From contig CAYQMF010000001.1 in the NCBI GenBank assembly GCA_964418595.1, positions 92,258-156,257 of the forward strand: a stretch of 64,000 bases of DNA, written 5' to 3'. Below are positions 43,389 to 53,387 of this stretch, in pieces. The notes below the pieces were generated by a model. It was not told the origin of the DNA, made no database searches, and saw nothing but the letters and a program-made list of their open reading frames with translations. This DNA comes from an uncultured candidatus Brocadiaceae bacterium (GTDB lineage Bacteria; Planctomycetota; UBA1135; UBA2386). The position numbers and the translations under genes are program-made. Each line of letters starts with the position of its first letter. The stretch's first letter is position 1.

Positions 43389-44522
43389 TCAGCGACCCGT
43401 GAAGGGCCGCAGCACCTCGACCAGCGCCTCGCCGACCAGGCGGTTGCCGAGCACCGTCCAGTGCGGATCCTCCCACAGGTAGACCGCCTCGCCCTTGTGC
43501 GCGCGCAACAGCGGCAGGGTGTCGAGCACCGTGAATCCGAGTTCGCGCGCGCGCGCAACCACCCGGATGTAGCCCGCCTGCTGCACGCCGAACGGGTCGG
43601 GCGACGGATCGACGGACGCGTATTCCTCGATGTAGACCTGCTCGCGGTACGGCGCGGCGACGAACACCGGCACGAAGCCGTGTGCATCGGCCAGCGCCCG
43701 GAAGCGCGCGAGCTGCTTCTCCATCGCCTGCATGCCGAGCGCGATGCGCTCGCGGCGCAGGTCGAGGTTGCGCCGCCAGAACACCGAGAACAGATGGCTG
43801 CGCTCGCCATCCCGCCACGCGACGTTGCCGGAGCTCAGCGGTTTGCCGGCGTAGCGGATCAGCTTGTAGGCGGCGCTGTAGCGGTTGAGCGCGTACTCGA
43901 GCCACGACTTGGGCACAAACCAGGGGTTGGTACCGTGCGGGTCCCAGTTCTCGAACCACGGCGCGTCGTCGAGGTCGTTGCCGTAGAAGAGCCACACGAC
44001 GACCTTCGGCGCACAACCGAGCCCGAAGCGCTCGAGCGTGCCGAGCGCGTGCTGCGGACCGTAGCCGGACACGCCGAGGTCGTAGATCGGCTTGCCCAGC
44101 GCCCGCTCCGTCACCCGCACGAACACGTCCCCGTCGTCGACGCCCCAGCCCATCGCGAATGAGTCGCCGACCAGCACGCCCCACGCCGGCGTGACCGCGA
44201 AGCTGTCGCGGAAGCCGACGTGGGTCTCCTTCGACCACGGCGCCGGCCTGGTCGTGACATGGAAGATGCGGAAGTCGGACGTGGCGAGCGGATGCGCGTC
44301 GAAACCGGGGCGCATGACGTAGCCGAGCGTCGGGTCGGCCTGCGTGACGAAGCGCAGGTCGTGCAGGCTCACCGCGGCGCGGATGCCCGGCGCCAGCGAC
44401 ACGGGCAGCAGGCGCGCGACGATCTCGAGGCCGATCGGGGCGAGCAGGATGCCGATGGCGATGGCCAGGATGCGCCGGCGCCAGCGACGTCGAGGGCGGG
44501 GAACGGTCGTTGGCGCGGACAA
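43389..44522 (-). CDS. Membrane-anchored SGNH/GDSL-family hydrolase
   Basis: TTG at 44522. The N-terminal TM segment is ILAIAIGILLAPIGLEIVARLL. Block I is VLVGDSFAMGWGV, followed later by LFYGNDLDD. Confidence 0.7.
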   Translation of the reverse strand: MSAPTTVPRPRRRWRRRILAIAIGILLAPIGLEIVARLLPVSLAPGIRAAVSLHDLRFVTQADPTLGYVMRPGFDAHPLATSDFRIFHVTTRPAPWSKETHVGFRDSFAVTPAWGVLVGDSFAMGWGVDDGDVFVRVTERALGKPIYDLGVSGYGPQHALGTLERFGLGCAPKVVVWLFYGNDLDDAPWFENWDPHGTNPWFVPKSWLEYALNRYSAAYKLIRYAGKPLSSGNVAWRDGERSHLFSVFWRRNLDLRRERIALGMQAMEKQLARFRALADAHGFVPVFVAAPYREQVYIEEYASVDPSPDPFGVQQAGYIRVVARARELGFTVLDTLPLLRAHKGEAVYLWEDPHWTVLGNRLVGEALVEVLRPFTGR

Positions 44523-44562
44523 GGCGACGGCATCCTACGCCGCAGCGCGGCCAGCGCGACGA

Positions 44563-45171
44563 TCACATGCCGTGCGCCAGCAGCGTCGCACTCAGTGCCT
44601 CCGCCGCGGCGCGCGGATCGCGCGCCTCCGTGACGGCGCGCATCACCGCGATGCCCGCCGGCTTGAATGGCGCGATCGAGGCGACGTTGGTGAGGTCGAT
44701 CCCGCCGAGCCACACGGCAAGCAACGAAGTCCCCGCCGCGAGCGCGGCGGTCGCCTCCGGCCCGAGCCCGGTGCCGCCGGGGTGGCTGCGCGTCTTGAAG
44801 ACCGGCGAGACGAGGACGTAGTCGGCGCCACCCGCACCGCGCACCTCCGCCGCATCGTGCACGGAGATGCCGACGACCACGCCGTCGCGACAGGCATCGA
44901 CCACGCGCCGCGTCGCACAGGGGGGCAGCGACCGCTGGCCGAGGTGCACGCCGTGCGCGTGCCCACTCGCCGCCAAGGCGACCCGATCGTTCACGAGCAG
45001 GAGCCCGTCGACTGCTTCGAGCCGCGGCCGCAACGCCTCGCACACCTCGATCAGCTCGCGCGGGGTGAGGCGCGGCTCGCGCACCTGCACGCAACGCACG
45101 CCGCCGTCGATGGCAGCGAGCGCCGTGCGCAGCAGCCGCGCGCGATTCCCCTCGCCGTCGGTGATCAGCAT
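44563..45171 (-). CDS. thiE: Thiamine-phosphate synthase
   Basis: ATG at 45171 (MLITDGEG...). Motifs: VQVREPRLTPREL, GVHLGQ, GADYVLVSPVFKTRSHPG and LGGI. The start could lie slightly upstream. The track ORF 44563..45918 is over-extended. Confidence 0.8.
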   Translation of the reverse strand: MLITDGEGNRARLLRTALAAIDGGVRCVQVREPRLTPRELIEVCEALRPRLEAVDGLLLVNDRVALAASGHAHGVHLGQRSLPPCATRRVVDACRDGVVVGISVHDAAEVRGAGGADYVLVSPVFKTRSHPGGTGLGPEATAALAAGTSLLAVWLGGIDLTNVASIAPFKPAGIAVMRAVTEARDPRAAAEALSATLLAHGM

Positions 45172-45215
45172 CAGCCGCAGGCAACGGCGAAGGTCGCGCA
45201 CGGCATCACAGCCCC

Positions 45216-46442
<1,227 letters not shown>

Positions 46443-46517
46443 GGTGCGCGGGTCGGAGTCGCGGAAAAGGGCGCGGTAGGTTAGCGCGTGAACGCCGCGA
46501 TGTCGAAGCCGTGCCCG

Positions 46518-47867
46518 TCAGCTCGGTCCACCGGGCGGCGTGCCCTTCCCCCGCGCATTCGCCTGGCGGAGCGCCACGAACGCCTCCCGCCGCGCGCGGG
46601 ACACGACCGGGGCGTCGTCCCGCCGGGGTGACGCCACCGCCTGTCGATACACCGCCTCGACCCCACTGAGGTGTTCTCCCCATCCCACGCCGCGAAGGGG
46701 GATCTGCGCCGCGGCCGCTGCCAACGGCGCCGGATCTGCCGCCAGCGCCTGCAAGGTCTTCTGCCACGCCGCCACGTCGCCGGTGGGAACGCGGATCGCC
46801 GCTGCTCCGCCCCGGCTGGCCAGCGCGCCCCGGTCGCTCACGACCACCGGCAGGCCCAGCTCGAACGCCTCGTCAAGCACGAACGCGTGGGTCTCGAAGG
46901 CGAGGCTCGGGAACACGGCGCCGTGCAGAGGCGCAGCCGCCAGCGTGGCCGCGTCGTACGGGCCGTGCAGATGTACGGGCGCGCCCTCGCGGAGCCGCAG
47001 GAGTCGGGCCTCGAACTCCGGGGTCTCGGCGCGGCCGTACAGGTGCAGCTCGACCCGGCGGCGCAGGCCCGCGCGGTGCGCGCGCGAGAACGCATCCACC
47101 AGCATCGCCACGCCCTTGTGTCGTGCCAGCAGCCCGAAATACCCGAGGCGCAACGGTTCATCGGGGGCGGGCAAGCGATGCGGCCGCGTCATCCCCCCGA
47201 AGCGCGCCTCGTACGGCATCGGCACGACGGCGAAGCGGGCGCGCGGCACGTCGCGCTGCGCAGCGATGAAGTCCGCGGTCCCGGCGTCGGACACGACGAG
47301 CTGCCGCGCGCGCAGCAGCTCGCTGCGGGTCTGCGCGAAGAACAGGTCGATGCCTTCACGCAGCTCGCCTTCGCTCTCGTGCCCGTAGCGCGGCGCGCAC
47401 GGCAGGCAGCTCGCCACCCCCGCGGGCCGCGCGCAGGCGTGCCCGTCGCGGTCGACGCGGAACGCGCGCGGGCAGGTGGTGTACACGTCGTGCAGGGTCA
47501 CCACCGCCGGCACCCCCTGCGCTTCGGCGAGCTCGACGAGATCCGAGGTGAGCCGGATCCACTGGTGGACGTGGACGAGGTCGGGGCGATGCCGTGCGAG
47601 GGCCGCCACGAACAGCGTGCCGATGCCGGCGTGCCACGCCTTCACGTGGTGGTCGAAGAACTCATCGTCGCGGTGCGCGCGCTCGACGACGATGCCGCCC
47701 TGGTCCTGCGTCTCGATGCCGCACGCCGGCCAGGGCACCATGCTGCCGGTGAGCAGGCCGACGTCGAGGCCGCGCTCCCGCTGCCTCGCCAGGAGCCCCG
47801 CGACGTAGGTCTCGACGCCGCCGACGCTCTCCGGCGCGGCGCCGTGCGTGACATGGAGGATCTTCAT
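46518..47867 (-). CDS. GT4-family (GT-B fold) glycosyltransferase
   Basis: The N-terminus is MKILHVTHGAAPESVGGVETYV. The C-terminal EX7E-like region reads FPSLAFETHAFVLDEAFELGLPVVVSD. Confidence 0.8.
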   Translation of the reverse strand: MKILHVTHGAAPESVGGVETYVAGLLARQRERGLDVGLLTGSMVPWPACGIETQDQGGIVVERAHRDDEFFDHHVKAWHAGIGTLFVAALARHRPDLVHVHQWIRLTSDLVELAEAQGVPAVVTLHDVYTTCPRAFRVDRDGHACARPAGVASCLPCAPRYGHESEGELREGIDLFFAQTRSELLRARQLVVSDAGTADFIAAQRDVPRARFAVVPMPYEARFGGMTRPHRLPAPDEPLRLGYFGLLARHKGVAMLVDAFSRAHRAGLRRRVELHLYGRAETPEFEARLLRLREGAPVHLHGPYDAATLAAAPLHGAVFPSLAFETHAFVLDEAFELGLPVVVSDRGALASRGGAAAIRVPTGDVAAWQKTLQALAADPAPLAAAAAQIPLRGVGWGEHLSGVEAVYRQAVASPRRDDAPVVSRARREAFVALRQANARGKGTPPGGPS

Positions 47868-47909
47868 CGGAGAAGGCGGCGGCGCGGAGCATAGCCGCGC
47901 GCCAGCCAG

Positions 47910-49427
47910 TCACGCCGGCGGCGGTGCGCCGATCGGGCCGCAACAGCCCTCGGCCGCGTGCGCCGGGTCGGCCGGATCGTGGCCGGGACCCGTGCCCGTC
48001 TCGTGCAGCACGCTGCGCCGCTGCGGATCGTTGCGCAGGTCGACGACCACGCGCTCGCTCGGCGCCAGCTCCGTCCCGTCTGCAGCCGCGCTCATCACCA
48101 CGCGCGGTTGCTCCAGCTCGTTCGTCTGCTCGAGCACGAACGCGGTTTCGCCGCTGCTGAGGCGCACGTAGTTGCCGGTCGCGTGCACGCCGTTGTGGCG
48201 GATGAAGCGCGTGAGCATGCGGGGATCGAAGTGCCCCTGCATCGAGAGCATGATCCGGTACGCGCGCACCGCCGACATCGGCGGCTTGTACGGACGGGCC
48301 GCGGTGAGGGCCTCGTACACGTCGCAGATCTTGACGATGCGCGTCGCCACCGACTGCGCGTGTTCATGCCAGGTGGCCGGATAGCCCTGGCCCGTGAACT
48401 GGCGGTGGTGCCCGAAAGACGCGGCGATCGCCAGCTCATCGGAATCGTCGTGGCCGAGCAGGATCTCGGCACCCAGCTCCGGATGGCGGGCGACCACGCG
48501 GCGTTCCTCGTCGCTGAGTGCGCGCCGCGCGTGCAGGATCTCGAACGGCACCATCGCCTTGCCGATGTCGTGCATGAGGGCGGCGGCGCCGAGGCGGAGC
48601 ATCTCCGGCGCGGAGAAGCCGAGGCTCCTGGCGAAGCTCATCGCCAGCACCGTCACGCGCATCGAATGGCCGAGAGTGAAGGCGTCGTACTCCTGGCTGT
48701 TGGCGAGCCCGGTGAGCGGGCCGGCCGAAGCGTTGATCTGCTGCACGAGGCGCTCGGCCTCCGCGTACACGGAGCCGAACTCGATCCGCCCGCCCTGGCA
48801 GACGGTCACCGTCAAGTCCTGCAGCAGGCGCAGCGCCTCCTGATAGCGGTGCGTGGGCACCAGCACGGGCTGGTCGGTGATCGGGTCGTGACCCAGCGTC
48901 TTCTCGCCGCGCGCGATCGGGTCGGCATCCACGCCGGCCTCGGCTGCGGTCGACCACGTGCCTTCCGGTACGGGGGCGAGCACGCGGATCCCGCGCACTC
49001 CGCGCTGCTGCAGCGCACGCCCCACCGCCACCTCGCCGAGGTTGGGCGCCGTCGTCGTGTTGAGGACGTCGACGAGCGCGCGGTAGGCCTCGAGGTCCGC
49101 GGTCGCGTCGATCTCCACACCGCCCAGACGCAGGCGGTCGAAGGTCTCGAGCAGGCGGCCGGCGGCGAGACTGGCGTTGATCACCGGCCGGTTCTGGAAC
49201 ACGACGTAGCCCCAGCCGAACTGCAGCGTGACGCGCGGCCGGCGGCTCGACCTGGCCAGCTCCGCCACCGCCGCCTGGAACTGCTCCAGCGACAGGGTCA
49301 CGCGCGGATGGCCGCTGAAGTAGACGCGGGCGTTCATCAGCGCCGTGACGAAGCCGTCGACGATCTCACGGATGCTCACTCCCTCACGGGTGGCCGCGGG
49401 GGCAGGGCGGGACACGAACGTGGTCAT
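47910..49427 (-). CDS. HD-GYP domain protein (predicted c-di-GMP phosphodiesterase) with unknown N- and C-terminal regions
   Basis: ATG at 49427 (MTTFVSRPAP...) overlaps the upstream stop as ATGA. The HD motifs are HSMRV and ALMHDIGK. The HHRQFTGQGYP segment is the GYP motif. The track ORF 47910..50015 is over-extended. Confidence 0.85.
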   Translation of the reverse strand: MTTFVSRPAPAATREGVSIREIVDGFVTALMNARVYFSGHPRVTLSLEQFQAAVAELARSSRRPRVTLQFGWGYVVFQNRPVINASLAAGRLLETFDRLRLGGVEIDATADLEAYRALVDVLNTTTAPNLGEVAVGRALQQRGVRGIRVLAPVPEGTWSTAAEAGVDADPIARGEKTLGHDPITDQPVLVPTHRYQEALRLLQDLTVTVCQGGRIEFGSVYAEAERLVQQINASAGPLTGLANSQEYDAFTLGHSMRVTVLAMSFARSLGFSAPEMLRLGAAALMHDIGKAMVPFEILHARRALSDEERRVVARHPELGAEILLGHDDSDELAIAASFGHHRQFTGQGYPATWHEHAQSVATRIVKICDVYEALTAARPYKPPMSAVRAYRIMLSMQGHFDPRMLTRFIRHNGVHATGNYVRLSSGETAFVLEQTNELEQPRVVMSAAADGTELAPSERVVVDLRNDPQRRSVLHETGTGPGHDPADPAHAAEGCCGPIGAPPPA

Positions 49428-51328
49428 CGCTTCCTCCAGGTCCGCAGCACGTCGCGCGCCGCGCGCCGCACTTGCTTCGACTCGCGACGCAGGAACACGG
49501 CGCGGCGCGCGCCCACGAGTTCGTGCAGGTAGGCGCGGAGCGCATCGCTCGGGAAGCCCTCCATCGCCTTGATGCACGCGACGCGGGTGGCTTCCTTCTG
49601 CGGTTGGGCAGTGAGTTCCTGGGCGGCCTGCCGCAGCGCCTCGCCCGTGGCGGCGAGCAGCTCGGGGGGAGGCGTTCCACCGTCGAGCAGGAACGCGGCG
49701 AGCCGGGCCAGGTAGTCGACCGACAGCCGGGTCGAGGGGTCGGCCACCACCAGGGGTGCAACGACCGCCGCGCTCCCGTTGAGGCCCCGCAGGTAGTCCG
49801 CGACGAAACCGCGGCAATCGTTCGGGGAGTGGCGCAGGGCGAGGATCGCCATCGGCAGGAGCGACCGGCCACCGAGGGGGAGCAGCTTCTCGACGCACTC
49901 GCCGGTGAGGACCGTGCGGTGCCGCGCGAACCAGCGGTCCGCGGCCAGGATCTTCTGCGGCGACAGACGCCGCGCCGTCTCGGCGAGCACCTGCGCGGCC
50001 TGCTCCGCCGAGCACACGTCGACGAGCAACGGCACGCGGCGGGGGAAGTCCGCGGCGACTCCTTCGGCGGCGAGGAACCCGCTGGTCTGCAACATGCCGC
50101 GCGCGTCCAGCGAGTGGACGAGTTCCTGCAGGCGGCCGGGCTTGCCGCCGCGCTCGTCGTCGTCGAGGGCGCGATCGACGTACGCGCAGATCGTCGCGTT
50201 GACGCCGGGACCGGCGATCAGGGCCTGCTTCAGCAGGCGCGCCCGCAGCGCATCGGTCGGCAGGCGGTCCGACCCGGCCAGCGTGTGCAGCACGATCCCG
50301 GCGACCTCGGCGGCGGTGCTGGTCTCCCCCGCAAGATCTGCGGCCGGGGTCGTCACCGGAGCAGCCCGCAGGCGAGCCACCGGACGGGTCTGTGCTTCCG
50401 CCTGGGTCAGCTCCGCGAGGAGTGCCCCAGGGTCATGGAGGATGTGCTCGTCGTTGTGGCCCCGCCCCGGCGCGGCCACCGTCGGCGCCGACGCAACGTC
50501 GATCCGCGGGAACAGCTTGCGCCCCAGCTCCATGAGCATCGGCGTGATGTCGTCGCGTCGCGGGCGCGCCTCGTCCTGCATGAAGGTGCGCCGCACCGAC
50601 GACAGCACGCGCTCCGCAACCACCGCCGCATAGTCGGGATCACGCACGGCTTCCGTCGACAGGTTGCGCACCAGCTCGTCGAGCAGGTCGGTGACCTGCG
50701 CGGCGTTGGTGGTTCCTCCACGCGCGAGCAGGTTCTGCAGCGCCCGCAGCTCGCCGGCGACCCGCGCATTCGCAGCCAGCATGGACTTGAGCTGGTCGAC
50801 GGCCACGGCCTCGGGGACGTCGGTCGTCGCAGCCGGGCCGTCCTCGGCGCCAGGTGAGGCCGTCGCCAGCATGAACTCACGCACCGTGATCCCGGGCAGG
50901 ACCACGCCGCCCCAGGTCGCGGCGTAGGTCAGCGAACGATTGGCCTGAGCGCACTGCAGATGACGGATCCACGCCAGGACGGCGCCGTCGGCGACAGAGG
51001 TCTCGAACGCGACCATGCCGAGCCGGCTCGAAATCATCACGTCGCGGAACCACTCGGTGAGCGGTCCATCTGCCGCGATCGCGCACTCGTCGACCGAGAG
51101 ACCGGTGTCGAGCACGCCCACGCGCACGATCGGCGCGCCCGCGGCGCACGCGCGCAGCGCGACCATCGCTTCGGCGAGGCTCGCCAGCACACGATGATTG
51201 CCGTCCGGGTAGACGAACGCGCTCTTGGCGAACACGGCGAGGCGCTCGACGAGCGTCGTCGCCTGGATCGCTTCGGAGCCGGTCGCGAAGCCTGTGTAGG
51301 CAGGTGGCATGGTCGTGGCGGGGTTCAT
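49424..51328 (-). CDS. Large helical protein of unknown function, translationally coupled to the HD-GYP gene
   Basis: I prefer the ATG at 51328 (MNPATTMPPAYTG...); the track starts at 51445. It is 634 aa and GC3-rich. Its N-terminal ~110 aa resemble the HD-GYP protein N-terminus. Confidence 0.65.
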   Translation of the reverse strand: MNPATTMPPAYTGFATGSEAIQATTLVERLAVFAKSAFVYPDGNHRVLASLAEAMVALRACAAGAPIVRVGVLDTGLSVDECAIAADGPLTEWFRDVMISSRLGMVAFETSVADGAVLAWIRHLQCAQANRSLTYAATWGGVVLPGITVREFMLATASPGAEDGPAATTDVPEAVAVDQLKSMLAANARVAGELRALQNLLARGGTTNAAQVTDLLDELVRNLSTEAVRDPDYAAVVAERVLSSVRRTFMQDEARPRRDDITPMLMELGRKLFPRIDVASAPTVAAPGRGHNDEHILHDPGALLAELTQAEAQTRPVARLRAAPVTTPAADLAGETSTAAEVAGIVLHTLAGSDRLPTDALRARLLKQALIAGPGVNATICAYVDRALDDDERGGKPGRLQELVHSLDARGMLQTSGFLAAEGVAADFPRRVPLLVDVCSAEQAAQVLAETARRLSPQKILAADRWFARHRTVLTGECVEKLLPLGGRSLLPMAILALRHSPNDCRGFVADYLRGLNGSAAVVAPLVVADPSTRLSVDYLARLAAFLLDGGTPPPELLAATGEALRQAAQELTAQPQKEATRVACIKAMEGFPSDALRAYLHELVGARRAVFLRRESKQVRRAARDVLRTWRKR

Positions 51329-51486
51329 CGACCACGGAGGGCACCCGGGTTGCGGGCTTTCGCCGCGTTGGCCGCGCGCGCGCCCAGCCGGGAATGCGAC
51401 GCGGCAGACCGATGCCATCGGCGGTGTCGGATCCCGCCTCACCACTGTCGGTTTCCTGGTCGATCAAGACTCGGGGACTGCACGCG

Positions 51487-52422
51487 ATGACGACACCGTT
51501 GCTCCTGGCCGGCCGCGATCTGCGGCGCGCCCTGGTCGACCGCCTCGGCTCGGTCGTCGCGCTCGAACCTGCGACCGCCGACAGCGTGGTCGTCGCGCTG
51601 CTGGCTGGAGGTCACGTGCTGATCGAAGGCCCGCCCGGCGTCGGCAAGACGCTGCTGGCCCGCACGCTGGCGCGCTGCGTCGGCCTCGGCTTCCGTCGGA
51701 TCCAGTTCACCAACGACCTTCTGCCCGCCGACGTCGTCGGGTCGATGGTGTGGCGGCCGCGCCGCGAAGAGTTCGAGTTCGTGCCGGGCCCGATCTTCTC
51801 GAACATCGTGCTCGCTGACGAGATCAACCGCACGAGCCCGCGGACGTTGTCGTGCCTGCTCGAGGCGATGGAGTCGGGACACGTGTCGGTGGACACCACG
51901 ACCCGCTCGCTGGGCGAGCCCTTCTTCGTCATGGCGACGCGCAATGGCCTCGAGTTCCACGGCACGTTCCCGATGCCGGAGGCGGCGCTCGACCGCTTCA
52001 TGGTGAGCGCCCGCCTCGACTACCCGAGCGTCGATGCCGAGCTGGCCCTCTACCTGGGCGCCGATCCGGAGAGTCGGCTTGCGGCGCTGACGCCCGTGCT
52101 CGATGCAGCGCAGCTCCGCGAGGCCATGCACGCCGTGGCCAACGTCGAAGTGAGCGAAAGCGTCGCGCGCTACTGCCACCGCCTCGTGCAGGCAACGCGC
52201 ACGCATGCGGCCGTCGCGTTGGGGGCGAGCCCGCGCGCCGCCCTGGCGTGGCTGCGCGCAGCGCGTGCCCACGCGTTCCTGCGCGGTCGGGACTACGTGC
52301 TGCCCGACGATCTGCAGGCACTCCTCTTGCCCTTGCTCTGGCACCGCACCGTGCTCGTCGACGGCGGCGACCCGGAGCCCGTCCTCGTCGAGATCCTGGC
52401 GCACACCCCAGTGGAGCTCTGA
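51487..52422 (+). CDS. MoxR-family AAA+ ATPase
   Basis: ATG at 51487 (MTTPLLLAGRDL...). Walker A is GPPGVGKT. Walker B is VLADEINRTSPRT. It also has FFVMATRN and the LDRF motif. The track ORF starts at 51304. Confidence 0.9.
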   Translation: MTTPLLLAGRDLRRALVDRLGSVVALEPATADSVVVALLAGGHVLIEGPPGVGKTLLARTLARCVGLGFRRIQFTNDLLPADVVGSMVWRPRREEFEFVPGPIFSNIVLADEINRTSPRTLSCLLEAMESGHVSVDTTTRSLGEPFFVMATRNGLEFHGTFPMPEAALDRFMVSARLDYPSVDAELALYLGADPESRLAALTPVLDAAQLREAMHAVANVEVSESVARYCHRLVQATRTHAAVALGASPRAALAWLRAARAHAFLRGRDYVLPDDLQALLLPLLWHRTVLVDGGDPEPVLVEILAHTPVEL

Positions 52423-52424
52423 GC

Positions 52425-53387
52425 GTGCGGGTCACGGCGCTGGGCCTGCGCGCGCTGCTGTTCCTCGCCCTGCTGTGGGCCACGTTCTTCGCGATCCCGT
52501 ACACGAACCTGTACTTCCTGGGGATCACGTTCCTCACGGTGTGGCTCGTTCTCGCGGCCACCTGGACCATCGCCAACCTGCGCGGTCTGGATGCGCGCGG
52601 ACTGCGCGGGTCGACGGCGCGTGCGCCCGGGCAGCCCTTCGCCATCCCGGCGGGCTCGTCCTTCCGTCTGCAGTTCGACGTCTCGCCGCGCGGCAGGCCG
52701 CGCGCGGGCGTGGGCGTGGTCGTCGATCTGCCGGACGGGCCGGTCCGATCCATGGCGGTGCCCGTCGAAGGCTCCGCGTCGTCGGTGACCGTGGAGCTGT
52801 CGGGGCTGCCGCGCGGCGTGCACGCGGTGCGCAGGGCGTTCGTCATCTCGAGCGCACCGTTCGGTCTCTTCGCGCGGCGCGTGCCGCTGCCCGGTCTCGA
52901 CGAGCTGGTCGTCTACCCGGCACCAGCCGCGGCGCCGGCGCTGACCGGACACGTCATGGCCGAGTCGACGCGCACCGTCCGGGCGGCCGGGCGACGGCCG
53001 CGAACGGACGAAGTCACGGGTCTGCGCGAGTACCGGGCCGGCGACGAGCCGCGGAGCGTGCACTGGCGGGCTTCGGCGCGGCGCGATGCGCTCGTGGTGC
53101 GGCAGATGGCCTCGCCCAACGCGGGCGGTCCGGAGCTGATTCTCGACCGTCGGGTCGAGCCCGCGGCCCTCGAAGCGAACCTGTCGGCGGCCGTCACCGT
53201 CGCGTTGCGTGCCCGCGACGAGCAGTCGCCGCTCACCATCCACACCCAGGGCATGCGTCGCGAGTTCACCTGCGTCGGTCGCGACTTCGACGCGCTCCTG
53301 CGCATCCTGGCGGAGCTGCGCACGACCGGCCTCGATGCCGGCCCGCCGGTCGCGCGCTCGCAACGGACAGCGGGAGCGCACCGGTGA
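52425..53387 (+). CDS. DUF58 protein (MoxR partner)
   Basis: The GTG at 52425 lies 3 nt after the MoxR stop. It has two N-terminal TM segments and the signature LREYRAGDEPRSVHWRASARRDALVV. Confidence 0.85.
   Translation: MRVTALGLRALLFLALLWATFFAIPYTNLYFLGITFLTVWLVLAATWTIANLRGLDARGLRGSTARAPGQPFAIPAGSSFRLQFDVSPRGRPRAGVGVVVDLPDGPVRSMAVPVEGSASSVTVELSGLPRGVHAVRRAFVISSAPFGLFARRVPLPGLDELVVYPAPAAAPALTGHVMAESTRTVRAAGRRPRTDEVTGLREYRAGDEPRSVHWRASARRDALVVRQMASPNAGGPELILDRRVEPAALEANLSAAVTVALRARDEQSPLTIHTQGMRREFTCVGRDFDALLRILAELRTTGLDAGPPVARSQRTAGAHR

Noticed and set aside
45172-45215. A TPP riboswitch upstream of thiE, and a cobalamin riboswitch upstream of the BtuF-like gene (40603-40655).
   Set aside because: The intergenic spaces are only 44 and 53 nt. 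That is too short for either riboswitch, and no conserved cores (for example CUGAGA for TPP) were seen.
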